Positions 52,160-64,000 of a stretch of 64,000 bases of DNA are shown in pieces. The stretch covers positions 232,128,001-232,192,000 of the forward strand of contig OZ024742.1 of NCBI GenBank assembly GCA_964016885.1. The letters are read 5' to 3'. The notes under the pieces are model-generated. The model saw nothing but the letters and a program-made list of their open reading frames with translations, was not told the origin of the DNA and made no database searches. Both the position numbers and the translations under genes were made by a program. The DNA is from Eledone cirrhosa. Taxonomy: Eukaryota. The stretch's first letter is position 1; the number at the start of each line of letters is the position of its first letter.

Positions 52160-53276
52160 TCAAATAAAAACAGGAATGCTGCTGTTATTTATGGTTTTTA
52201 TAAGAAATGCTTAAGGTTTCATATAACTAATCAACCATAATAATGCACTACATGTGTTTGTATATTTATATATATTTCCATCTGTAACACTTTAAAATTT
52301 ACACACAATGCATTTCTTATCTCAGTCATGTTGCAACAATAAGAACTTTCCAATCCCATGTTCCTGGGTTCTAACCCTACACTTATCTCTGTAAATTGTT
52401 ATTTCTTCAAAGTTACACACACATTTAATCCTGTATGTTATTTGTACATGCATGCTGAACATTTAGGAAATGATATCATCATCATCATCATCATTTAACA
52501 TCTGCTTTCCCTGCTAACAAGTCAGTACTGAAGTGGGGTTACTGACCTCCCAGACGAGTAAGGTGCTGAATCTCACATATGTTTCTGCTTTCTACAGAAT
52601 GCACTGAGTGAATTTTATCATGGCCCCAACACCAGGAAAGTTGTCGGTTATTGATATGACTGAAGAACTCTCTCTACCTTCTTAATTGAGGGAAGGTGAG
52701 AAGGATGATAAGTATAATGCAGTTAACACAAGTAATAAAAATGAGCAAAAACCATGTGCAGACAAACCGAAAGCACAGCAATTTTTTGTTTGGCTCATCT
52801 ATGCAATAACAATATTTGTCATTTTTCCTGTTCATAATCTTCATGGACAAGATTGACATGGTACTTCTTTACTCATCAAAGGTGATCTCTGACATGCACT
52901 TGATATGAATGAAAATCAGTACTGCAAAGACCGACACACTCGTCCTCTCAAGGAAGCCTGCTTAGTGCTCTCTACATGTGAGTGGAGTTCTACTGAAACA
53001 TGTGGAGAAGCACAAGTATCTCAGGATCGGAAAGTGTGCTTGAGGATCCTGCCCCAACAGGTGAGCAAAGAAGAAGAAAATTAATGGAATTAGGATTAAG
53101 AATTTAACACAGAAACAGACTTAAAATAGCCCATATTGACTATTAACAGAAGCTTTCATGGAATTGCTGAAGTTAAAATGTGAATGTTGATTATGACAAA
53201 TCAACTTTTAGTCTACTAAAACAAATTTCATTACAAATCAAGCATGCTTTTATATAAGCACATTAACAGCAAATAC

Positions 53277-53391
53277 CTGCAATTTTGGTAACTGTTGCAA
53301 TCCAAAAGACATTGTTAAGGTCTGTATCATAGTTTGGAACTTCTACTTTCATTCCGACAGTAATGTTGTCCCATCCATCACTCATTGCTGC
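53277..53391 (-). CDS. MBTD1: MBTD1/Sfmbt exon, MBT repeat 1
   Basis: AAMSDGWDNITVGMKVEVPNYDTDLNNVFWIATVTKIA, phase 0/1. Confidence 0.96.
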
Positions 53392-53940
53392 CTGTAAATA
53401 GAAATTCAACAGTAAGTACATAGAACAAATATTGTATTTCAGTTAGCAAATCCTTGTATATGGCTGTGAGACATGGTGAATGAGGGCAATTAACTTATGC
53501 AAACTTGAAATATTTGACTACTCTTGCTTTTGTCAAATCCCCCACGTCTGCACATTGGATTTTGTACCAAACCCTGAAATTTGCTCATCACTGTCAGAAT
53601 AATTCCCTCCAACAATTCCAACTGAAAAGACATCCCCAATGGGCTGGTCATACACCTTGCCATGCAGGATGTGGACTCACCAGCAATGCATCAGACCCTC
53701 TCACAGGATGACATAATCAAGTTGAGCTAATATTGGATCCTCATATACATATATAGTGTCTGCCATTGGGATTGAGAATCGATGAGGAACGTTTTAGGTG
53801 CAAAGCCATGGTCAGCCATGACTGAAGAGGGCTCCCTATAGATATATTATACCAGCAAAAAAATTGAATGGAATGCCTTCAAGAAAGCCAACTTAGGGGC
53901 TTAACAACAATATCTACATCAAAACCACAGCCAAACTTAC

Positions 53941-54017
53941 ATGTTTAAAACAGCTAACAGGAGCAGCTTCAGCACATGAAGATTTTAAATAAGGTCCCCA
54001 GTCAAAAATCTTGTCAC
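53941..54017 (-). CDS. MBTD1: MBTD1/Sfmbt exon, start of MBT repeat 1
   Basis: (S)DKIFDWGPYLKSSCAEAAPVSCFKH, phase 1/0. Confidence 0.95.
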
Positions 54018-54747
54018 CTAAAAAAAAGTTATATTTCAGTTTAAAAATGAGTGTATGGGTGTGTGATTTCATTATCATCTTTCATACTTGCATGGTTGTA
54101 TATGTTTACCAAATCACAATCTGTCTCTTACAAATGAGTTAAATATTGAATTAAATGAAGGTGTGTGGACTAGTGGCTAGAGCGTTGGACTTGCAATCAT
54201 AAGGTTGTGGATTCAATTTCTAGACCAGACAGCATGCTCCTGTTCTTGATACATTACTAAATCAACACAAATTTCTGATAATTTTAAAATATGAAAATTT
54301 CAGGCAGTGTTTTTCATTAGAAATATAGTAATAAAAGAGTTAAACAATTATACATATCTCAAAAACTGATAAAAAGAATTGATCGACGAGGTCTCAGACC
54401 AAGGAAACAATGGTCTTTCCATTGCTGATACTATCTACCGGTTGCTACTCCTAGCACAAAGAGCAACATGAAAATAAAATGTTTTGCTCAAGTACATCAC
54501 CCGATCCAAGAAGAGAACTTGCAACCTCACAATTGCAAATCCAACACTCTAACCACTAAGCCACACACCTTCACAATAAAGATACTCAAGTTTATATTAT
54601 AATGTTCAGGACACCTATTTTTACCATAGCAATTATGAATATCTATAAACCAAATTTATTAAAAACCAATTAGATAACATAAAACTAAAACAGTTTACAC
54701 AGAACATTTTATAAATAAGTAAAGTTATAAATCAAATATCTTCATAC

Positions 54748-54835
54748 TTTTACTGCAATTGATTGATGTTGGAAAACTTCGATGGTAATACTGGAAGTTC
54801 GAAGACTTTATATTGGATTTCTTACACATTTTACT
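54748..54835 (-). CDS. MBTD1: MBTD1/Sfmbt linker exon
   Basis: tttcAG|SKMCKKSNIKSSNFQYYHRSFPTSINCSK|GTATGA; gives the required phase 0 to 1 bridge. Confidence 0.8.
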
Positions 54836-56089
54836 CTGAAATAAAAAAAAAAATAAAATGTAAATTTAGAATACAAAAGCTAACTACATTTATGTTAAGT
54901 AATTATATATTTTTTTCTTTATAAGCATGTTAAATTAGTTGGATAATTCAGATATTTTCATGAGTTCCGAGAACATATTTTGTCCCTAGGTTGTATTTTT
55001 TGTTACTAGTCAAACTTGAAATGGGAAGGATATTACTGTTTCAAATAGCCTTTCTCAAACAAATAATATTCTTTGCCTAATACAATGGTTGCAATAATAA
55101 TCCATCACCCCAAAAAATCAGTACTTTGAACTTCTATTGTCTTCAACATTTGTCTAATCTATTTATAAAATCATAAAGCTATATGCTGTTGGGAATTGAC
55201 TACAGGTAAAAAAATGGATGGTCTTGGCTGGAATACCATTAATCACGGTCTGCTTGAGCCAACAAAAACAATACAACTCAACATATTGGGAAACATACTC
55301 TTGATAGTCTGAATTTAATCTACTTTTATGAGTGAAGAAGCTTAAATGAATTTTTGGAAAATTTGACATTAAACTTTGATACCTGAATATATGGTTGGAT
55401 TCTTAACACTAAATGCATGAAATTTGTTTACCAACAACAGGTATTCACTCATATATTTTACTTGACGTAATTATAGAGTTTAAATAAATATATTATTCGA
55501 ACTGTAGTATAATAAAAAATAGAAAAAAATGTTGGTTAATAAGTTCTTATACCTTTACTGCTCAAAAATTTAAGCAGCTAATCAAATACATTATAAGAGA
55601 ATAGTTTAAGATGGAAATATAGACCAAACTATTTGCTTTGGTAGGATAGATTTTTATAAATTTTTGCATTTTTTATGTTTTTGAAGTACGTATGCTCTTC
55701 CTGTTAATTTAAAGCACTCAACAGAGGACGCTAGCAAGTAGGGAGTGTTAAATGTGAATTACAATTACATTACAGAATCAAAAGAACTATTTGAAACAAT
55801 ATTTATTAAAAAAAGTTAAACAAAAACAAACAAAAGATTTTCTCAACATATTTGTATATATTTTGCACAACTGTTATAGCCACAAATATCCAAAAGAAAT
55901 TGTGCATTGATACATTATTAAATATATAAATATATCTAAAAAAAAGTAAAAGGAAAGGAAAAATCAATTAGTTCATAATCAGTTATTTAAAAAAATCCTA
56001 ACTAGAGTAGTTTCTGAAATAACAAAGCAATATTGATGAAGAAAACATAATAAAATCAATGACAGCTTATTTCTGGATATAGGGAATAA

Positions 56090-56795
56090 TGAGTGCTGCA
56101 TACCTGGAATGAAAATCAGTGCTGCAAAAACTGAGACACTTGTCCTCCCAAGGAAGCCTGCGCAGTGCATTCTACATGTGAATGGAATTCCACTGAAGCA
56201 GGTGAAGAAGTTCTAGTATGTTCACAAGTGATGGAAGGCAGGAGGCTGAATTAAGTGCAAAAATTGCAGGAGCTGGTACAGTAATGCACCAGCTTCAGAA
56301 TTCAGTAATCAAAAGAAGGGAGGTAGGCATAAAACCAAACTTGTTATCTTCAATTTGGTGTTCGTGCCAACTCTTACCTATGGTCATGAATCTGGGTAAT
56401 GACCGAAAGTATACAATTGTGAATACAAGTGGTTGAAATGGTGTTCTTCCGAACGGTCGTTGGAGTAACGTTGCCTGATAGTGCATAGCTCGGATATGAG
56501 AGAGTCACTCCAAACAAAGCTGCTACTTCTCTGATTTTAGAAATCACAGCTCCAATACTATGGGCACATCTCAGGAAGGTATCACTGGACAGATTTTACA
56601 GGCAAAACCAACAGAAAGGAGACCCAGGTGCAGACCCCGAGCAAGATGATTGGATATCATCCATGAACTTGGCAGGTCTCGCTTGGGGGTCCAGCCAGAT
56701 TAGTTGGAGATGGTTGCTTCTGACAAGACTCATTGGAAGGAGTGTTTGATGACTTTGCTCCCATGACCCTCTCAGGAATAAGTGGGTGAAGAAGA
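56090..56795 (+). mobile_element. Degenerate RTE-clade LINE 3' fragment (same family as 8000-8700)
   Basis: FTSDGRQEAELSAKIAGAGTVMHQLQ vs FMSDGRQEAEFSVRIAGAGAVTRQLQ. Confidence 0.85.
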
Positions 56796-56977
56796 ACAAG
56801 GGAATAATGGTAATGTTACAGAACATAAAAGCTGTACCATATCTAAAGACACAATAAAATAATAGCTGTAGTAACAGTTAAAAACGTGGATAGTAGTCAA
56901 ATACTTAAATTAAAATATCAATGCTGAAATAATGAAATATAATAACTATTAACTGAGTGTAATGATTAAATACTTAC

Positions 56978-57126
56978 CTGACTAGAATTTGTAGAACATT
57001 TCACAAAAGGTTTGCCTTCTCGTTGAGTAGTAGCAAAACCACGAGAACAAGCCAAACTGCAGAAGCGCTTAGACTTAGAGTAGAAAGCATGTTTTACGCC
57101 AACGGTTCCACATTTTTCACATGTTG
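56978..57126 (-). CDS. MBTD1: MBTD1/Sfmbt exon, FCS-type zinc finger
   Basis: (A)TCEKCGTVGVKHAFYSKSKRFCSLACSR, phase 1/0. Confidence 0.97.
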
Positions 57127-58307
57127 CTATATATATATATAGAAAAAAATCAAGACAAGGTAATTTTGCATGACAAATTTGTTTCAAGTCTGTAAAGTAT
57201 ATATATCAGATTGAATGGAAGAAATAGGTATAAAGTATTATGGTATGATGTTTCAGTTATGTTCCAAACATCAACTTTATAATTCTTTCTAGCATTGGCA
57301 CAAGGCCAGCAATTTGGGGGAAGTGGTAAGTCAATTTATTTTATTATCCAGAAGGATGAAAGACAAAGTTGACGTTGATGCAATTCAAAAACGCAAAGCA
57401 TTTTTATCCAATGCTCTAATGATTCTGTCAAAATATCACCCTAAACAGCAACTTAATAATGAGAAAGTCAGTTATATTACTAAATCCTTCCAAATTCTTG
57501 ATTATTTTGAAAATTATCTGAAAACCAGTCAGTGCTTTTCATTAGAAATGTGGCATTGAAAGGGTTAAGTTCAAGTAATAAAAGCATTATTATCAACAGT
57601 TTGGAAATAAAAGTTTTTTGTTCAAATCCTGGAATGACAATTAATGAATAGAGAAATAAATGTAAATACTGAAAAGTTGATGTTTCTAGTGCCCCAAATT
57701 ATAATCTTAACCAATTTCAGATATTTAGATGAAAGAAGCCATTAATACTCAACTAATGACCAATTCTTAGTTGTATCAGCCCTCCTTGTCAAGTCTTGGT
57801 TATGATTATATGCATCCCACCCCTTGATAAAATCATGGAAAACTATCTACTAGGAAAATCTCCCAAGTGACACAACACACTAAAAGAAGAAAACACAACT
57901 TTTAAGAAGGTATCCAGCACCATGCCATAGGTTGTCGTCATTGAATTTAATTGCTCAGTAGCTTAACCATTTTGTGACCAACCCTCCTGATACTGCCCCA
58001 AGCTTTTCATGATCCATGATTACCAACCTACTTATTCATATTCAAATTAGAATATTGCTGTAAATCTCGTTACTATGTTGATAATAACACGTGACTTCAC
58101 TAGATAAACAAATGTATCCCACCCAACATTTTATAGTGAGAAATTTGTGCTCTCTGAATTATTTTGGATATTATTTTATGATTGATATAGAAATTTTACT
58201 AAGATCTATCTCTACACCTCTACTGAAGTTGGCATGAATAAAATTATAGTGACAAACATTTGAAAAAAAATTAAATTTCAATATACAAAGAATTAAAATA
58301 TGCATGT

Positions 58308-58744
58308 TGACCCTTTTGCTACCTATTTCTAATGTGTTTAACCCTTTACCATTTACATTACTCTATATTTACTATTATATTTTCACAGTATAGGTTTTAT
58401 ATCATATAATATCGAATCTATGAGATTTTGATGTTATTTATTTTGAGAACAATACCTTAACATCAGTATGAGTTGCCAGTTTGAACAGAAAGAGGTGAGA
58501 GAATTCTGGCCAGATACAGCCAGTTCAAATGCTGCTAAAGGGTTAAATTAATTTACTAAATTCCTCTAAATTTTTCGAATGTAACTAACTTTTTCATTAG
58601 TAAGCTGATGTTTGGAACATAAGAAAAATTTCTTACATAAATTTAAGATAAAAGGTTTTAATATAAATATGAACACTTAAAAACTGGAAATATTATATCA
58701 TAGAACAAGGACGAATTCAGGTGGGTTGCTATTAAAAGGGTTAA
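58308..58744. mobile_element. MITE B with a complete MITE A nested at a TTAA (58338-58546)
   Basis: Outer tgacccttttg...aaaagggttaa; inner ttaaccctttacc...ctaaagggttaa. Confidence 0.75.
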
Positions 58745-58822
58745 GAATATATACCCAATTTCCCTTATTTTTCACAAACAGCAATATTCCCCAATTAATG
58801 AAAAAATATAACAAAGACTTAC

Positions 58823-59003
58823 CCATGCCATCTTTGCCATTGATAAAATGCAATGGAGCAGTTTTTTCTAGAGTGGTGGGTTTAGTATCTGATGAAATTC
58901 TAGACTGGAGAATTTTCTCAGCAGATCTTTCCTTGTCAGAACTATTACTTTCATTGTAACTGTCATAATCATCTATTAAAGCTGGGTTGTAATCATCTTC
59001 AGC
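58823..59003 (-). CDS. MBTD1: MBTD1/Sfmbt 5'-most exon found in the window (acidic N-terminal region); start codon not located
   Basis: tattAG|AEDDYNPALIDDYDSYNES...FINGKDGM|GTAAGT; phase 1 joins to GMATCEKCG. Confidence 0.88.
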
Positions 59004-59399
59004 CTAATAAAAATAGAAAAAGTGATATAATTAAAGACTATATATATATATATACACACACACACATAATCTCTATACATATATATACATAGACATTATA
59101 TATACATACATTATACATATATATATACACACACACATAATCTATATACATATATACATATATACACACACACATAATCTCTATACATCATCATCATTTC
59201 ATTTAACGTCCACTTTTTCCCTGCTTGCAAGGATATATATACATACATTATACATATATATACACACACACATATATAGTGTAAGCCAACACGTACCTAA
59301 GTACAACCACTTCTTAAAAAAAACAGGTTTTGGCAAAAAGGTGTTGTTGATGTTGTTGTCACCTTAGATGGCTCACCAAACCAGCAAGTGAGTTACAGT

Positions 59400-60200
59400 G
59401 TGCAGGTAAGTTTCCAGCCTTCTTGAGTTTGTTTGGTGTGGTATGCTTTGCGGTGCCATGTTAACCCACCTGTAGAGTGACGCATTTTAGTACAGATGCC
59501 ACATGCAAAATGAAGGTGTAGAGTATGATGTCTGCTATAGCTTAGTAGCCCAGCCTTTGACATGCACACACGTCTCTTTCAAACCCTGTTCTGGGAACGA
59601 ATTATCATCCCCCATATATTTAGCTGTTTACTTCCCTTCAGTTTCTCTTTCTTAACACTGGTAGCAATCAGATTTTGTCACTGGGCTCTGTCTTGCAAGA
59701 TCTTCACATGTTTCAGTGTTGATGTTGACCTTTTCCAGAGCATCCTTTAGATAGTCTTTAAAGTGCTTGTGTGGCTTGCATGAGAGGTGTTTGTCTTGCA
59801 ACAGCTCTTTATACAATACTTGTTTTGGGAATTTGCTGTTCTCTAGGCATACTGTGTGACCTGATCACCAGAGATGCTGCTTCATGATCATGGTCTCAAT
59901 GCTTGCCAGACAGGCCTGCTGCAGTACATCAATATCTGGTGTACGAGACCTTCATGAGATATTGAGGATGGAGCATGGTATGCTTCCACTTTTGTGTGCA
60001 CACTGATATTTGACTGTGGTCACAAGTGCTTCTCATGAGATCAACAAAGCAAGCTGTTGCTCCTTACACTTCTCATACATCTGCTGCATAGTGAAGATCA
60101 TATCTGTAGTGCCTGATATGGACAGAGACGACACTGAGATTCTGGCAGGATGTTAGGTGCAACATGCATCAGCAGAGCTTTAAAAACAATCCTGGTAATG
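59400..60200 (-). mobile_element. Heavily deleted RTE/BovB-like LINE remnant
   Basis: Minus-strand pieces resembling ILPESQC..R..GTTDMIF...QEKC and PKQVLY.EL..G.R...KxFKDxLK. Confidence 0.6.
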
Positions 60201-61254
60201 GGCAGATTAACTCATAAGAGTCAACAAAAGTTTACTAGGAGAGGGAAACACACTCACACACACATATATATATATATAGACACACATACATATATACATG
60301 CTTATATGTATGTATGGTTCTGTAACTCTTGATAGAGTCGTAGGAGCACTGTATTGACATATGACATTTCTTGGACATTTTAAGCCTGGTAGAGCTCAAC
60401 CCTCTCCAGACCTAAGTACAGCAGATTTCTTCCAGAGAAAGACAGAAAGTGAGAGGGAGGAAATAAGAAAGAGATATATCGACCCCACTACTAGACTGGT
60501 AATTTTATTGTCGATCTCGAAAGGATGAAAGGCAAAGTTGCCCGTGGCAGGATTTGAACTCCGAAAGCAGAAATGAATACCATAAAGCATTCTATCCGAT
60601 GTTCTAAAGCCCCACATGCATATATATACATACATCTATATATAAACATATACACATATACACACACACACACATATATATATATGCATACACACACATG
60701 TATACATACATTCATATATGTGTGAAATGTATTTGCAAAATTGTTAAAACGTAGGATCGAATGCTTTGCAGTATTTGTTCCAGCTTGCTGCACTCAGAGT
60801 CCAAATCCCACTGAGGTCAACTTTGCCTTGCATTCTTTTGAGGTCGCTGAAAAAGTACCAGTTCATACTGGGATCAATTTTTCCTCACATCCACTCTCTT
60901 GTGCTCTGGAAGAAGTCAGCAGTTTCGACCTGGAGAGGAGCTGTGCTCTGCCAGGTTCAAAGTAACCAAGGCACCCCATATGTCATTACCGCATGCTTAC
61001 GACTCAACAAAGAGTCTCAGGTCTACACATACATGATTATATGCATATATATTAATATATACATATATTTTTGATCTAGTCTTGGACCATGACAACCTGT
61101 CCAATACATGAAAGTGTGGAAAGCAGATGTAAAATGATGTTGTTGATGATAATATCATCATCATCACTCCCTTTTCCATAGCTAGATACCCTTCCTGAGG
61201 GCAACCTATACTATATTTCCACACATGGTATATACTATTAACATTCATCAAACT

Positions 61255-61620
61255 ATTCGTGCGTTTTATATCGAATAACAATATTTGATGCATTTGCAAG
61301 GAAACAGCCTCATTACACTATGTTTTTTAGATGACCATCGCCATCCTTTTGTCTAGCGGTGACAGAGAGAAACAATCAACAATATTGTTTCTGGGTTATT
61401 GCCCTATGTCAAGATTGTGTATCTTTCTTCTGTCACTCAGTAGAACTCTTGAGAATATATAGAATTCTCTAAAGTATACATTGGCTGATTAACCTAATTT
61501 GCATACTGAGCGATTTTATGGCTGGCTCTGCCAAAAAAACAAAAAACATAGCGTAATGAGACTGTAGCTTGCAAATGAAATGAATATTATTATTATTATT
61601 TGATATAAAACTCTTGAATA
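61255..61620. mobile_element. Foldback/MITE-like element with long imperfect TIRs
   Basis: tattcgtgcgttttatatcgaataac...ttgcaag..acagcctcattacactatgttttt pairs with aaaaacatagcgtaatgagactgt..cttgcaa...ttgatataaaactcttgaata. Confidence 0.7.
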
Positions 61621-61649
61621 CATTTATGTATCTACTATGTTAGAATGAA

Positions 61650-63960
61650 AATCTAAATTCATCAAACCACTATGCTGCAAGAGGAATTTTTAGTAATTTT
61701 ACAAACAATTTTCATCAATAGTAGCTAAATCCAAAGGAGCTGTGCGACCTCCAGGCCACTGTGAAACAGCTATGCATTTAGAAACCACTTGTACTAATTT
61801 ATTTTGCTTGTCAACTTTGGCCAATAATAGATAGACATTTTTCTAATGCCATCAGGATCATCCAAAAAGAAGATGCTTCTATTCTGCTAAGAGAATCAAT
61901 TTATTGTAGTTGACTAAACAGTCCTCTGATCAGGCACAATTTGGGTTGGGTTCATTTTCATTTACATATCCAGTTAAAGAGTTGATATCATATGTTTTTC
62001 TTACATGTTCTGTTGCTAAACTGTTGACTTCTGATGCCACATGAAGATAGTTGTGATTCATCCATATATACATACATATATATCAGGTCTAGTCTTGGAC
62101 CATCTTATCTACCATATCATTTGTGCTTCATGTTTATTATTTTGTGTCAAGTCACTTTTTACTTTATCACAGGTTTTTAGCAGAATATGCCTCTCTGAAC
62201 CATTCTCGGGATTGATATATGATTTGGCTATTTTTTTTAAAGGTTGCACCGCATTGATTATCATTTTCAAGCATATGCACATTATGTATGAAGCATGCCA
62301 GCATGTCCTTTTAAATGTTACACAAACATGACCATCAACTGTTCTGAGATCTTCAAAAAATCGAAGCCCTTTAATTTCCTGCAGTACATTTTAAAAAAGA
62401 ACCACTCAGTCTGGCTGAGATGAAGTACAAACTCTACCTGAAGTACTGTGAAATCTTATGAAATGATCTTCAACTCCACGTCTTTTTCTTCTACTCCATT
62501 TCTTTGATTTTCCATATTTAATAAAATGGTAACTGGTGATACAATAAAGTTTGAGCAAAATTCAGCATAGTTTTAAAAGAGCTTTAAGAGTAATATCTCT
62601 AGCAAGTAAGAGTTTGTTGGACATGTTTCATTAGTAAAAAAAAAAAACTCTTTGTCTATTTTTGAAATGATCTGCAATTGCTGTATTGCAAGATATCTTT
62701 CATGAATAGAAAAACTAAAAATTCTCTAAAGAATGCTGCTTAAGTAATTGACTTTCTTGATAGTCACTTCATCAGATTCCTAGATTACTAGATAGATTTG
62801 ATGAAATTACAAAATTCTAGATTAATATGAGTTTTAGTCAAGTGAAGACAGGAACTGTCTATCTATTATATTTTATTCAACTCTCTCCATAAAATCTAAT
62901 CAGCAGGGGGTTTTCTGTGATATGAAGAATATCCATATTCATCTGTTTGAATATTTTTTTTTATGGTTTTAGGTAACATTCGGTACATTTTAAAAACTTT
63001 TATGTAAGGTGAAATAAAATTTAGAAAAACACATAGACCATGCACCATTTGAGTTCAAACTATTTCAAAGAGATCCTTGCCTGTGTTAGGACCTGAAAGT
63101 TCAGCTGAGTTAACAGAATCAATTTGATTAGCTTCAATTTTGTTGACCAGCCAAATCCAACAAGAGGCAATCCTCTTTTTTGCCATTCAATAGTGTACAT
63201 GTGGCCTCTTATTGACCAAAATATACTAGGATTTCTCATTAAATCCACCATATTATAAATGAAACACTCTGGCTGTGAGATCATGTCTGTGATTGTATGT
63301 TCATCCTGAATTTCCTCCCATTTAGCATTGCATGTAAATGTGATAAATAGGCCACATCAACCATAAGTGAGAACCTTTGTGATAGTTTGTTCATGTATTT
63401 AATGTGGACTGCCTATAAAAGTTGATAGGAAAATCTGAAATTGGTCAAACTCTCTTCCAGTTACACCATTGTTGATGCTATCTCTTAGATGTATATGTAA
63501 ATCATATCTTGATTATCTCAGATGCATAAAACTTTTGCTTCTATTTGTACATATATAACTTCAAATTGATAATAAAAGGTCAACAGAGGATAATTTAGTG
63601 GATTATTATAAACACAGAAATCCTTGCTACAATTTATACCTGCTTGAGGAACTCCAAAGCCATATCCATCTCCTCTGCAGGCAAACAATAAAGGATATTG
63701 CAAAACTTTAAAAGATCTATAGGTTTCATTGATGAATTACAGTGTTTCTTTGACCTTTAAAACAAGGTCTATTTTGCCATGTTCTTGACCAGTAATGATA
63801 ACATCGACTTCATTGGACTCTGGAAGATGAAATCATCAAGTATGTTATCTCTAGTCAGCATCAATGGTGATTTTGTATTCTGTAGTAGAGCATATCTTGA
63901 TGTTCAACAATTAGTCCCAATCTCCAAATGAAGATACCTTGGTTCTTCTTGAGGTAATCA
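61650..63960 (-). mobile_element. Degenerate Helitron RepHel remnant (Rep motifs + PIF1-type helicase start)
   Basis: LQYPLLF..GDGY, LFITFTCNAKWEEI, YTIEWQKRGLP, FEDLRTVDG, decayed Walker A IFFLDDPDGIRK and PGGRTA, in the expected order. Confidence 0.88.
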
Positions 63961-64000
63961 TTTTAATGAACTTATTCTATAGTATATATAAATATATTCA

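Noticed and set aside
61650-62900. Initially read as a hAT transposase remnant or further MBTD1 exons
   Set aside because: The motifs (FEDLRTVDG, FFLD.P.G..K, PGGRTA) continue the Helitron RepHel and contain many stops.

Overview
Eukaryotic, AT-rich, intron-rich DNA. The RTE LINE/SINE, Deu/Nin-type SINE and (CAT)n/(TA)n repeat landscape suggests an octopod or other coleoid mollusc; this is inferred, not demonstrated. Two spliced genes lie tail-to-tail. On + is a GTPBP8/EngB(YihA)-family GTPase: 6 coding exons from 4510 to 15626, plus a probable first exon ending at 2132. On - is an MBTD1/Drosophila-Sfmbt-type Polycomb protein (FCS zinc finger + 4 MBT repeats): 18 phase-consistent exons from 59003 to ~22854, with its 5' end outside the window. 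Introns and the intergenic region hold RTE LINE fragments, several SINE families, TTAA-flanked piggyBac-type MITEs, a truncated Gypsy-type LTR element, Penelope-like remnants and Helitron remnants. Main observations: (1) a frameshifted, stop-interrupted relic of the C-terminal SAM domain behind the current end of the Sfmbt/MBTD1 gene; (2) an 82-bp-arm intronic palindrome carrying two opposed minimal hammerhead ribozymes, with only the host-sense copy mutated; (3) a second, host-sense minimal hammerhead in the same intron; (4) a presequence-like frame in GTPBP8 exon 1 that misses its ATG by one base. No CRISPR, rRNA or authentic tRNA gene was seen.
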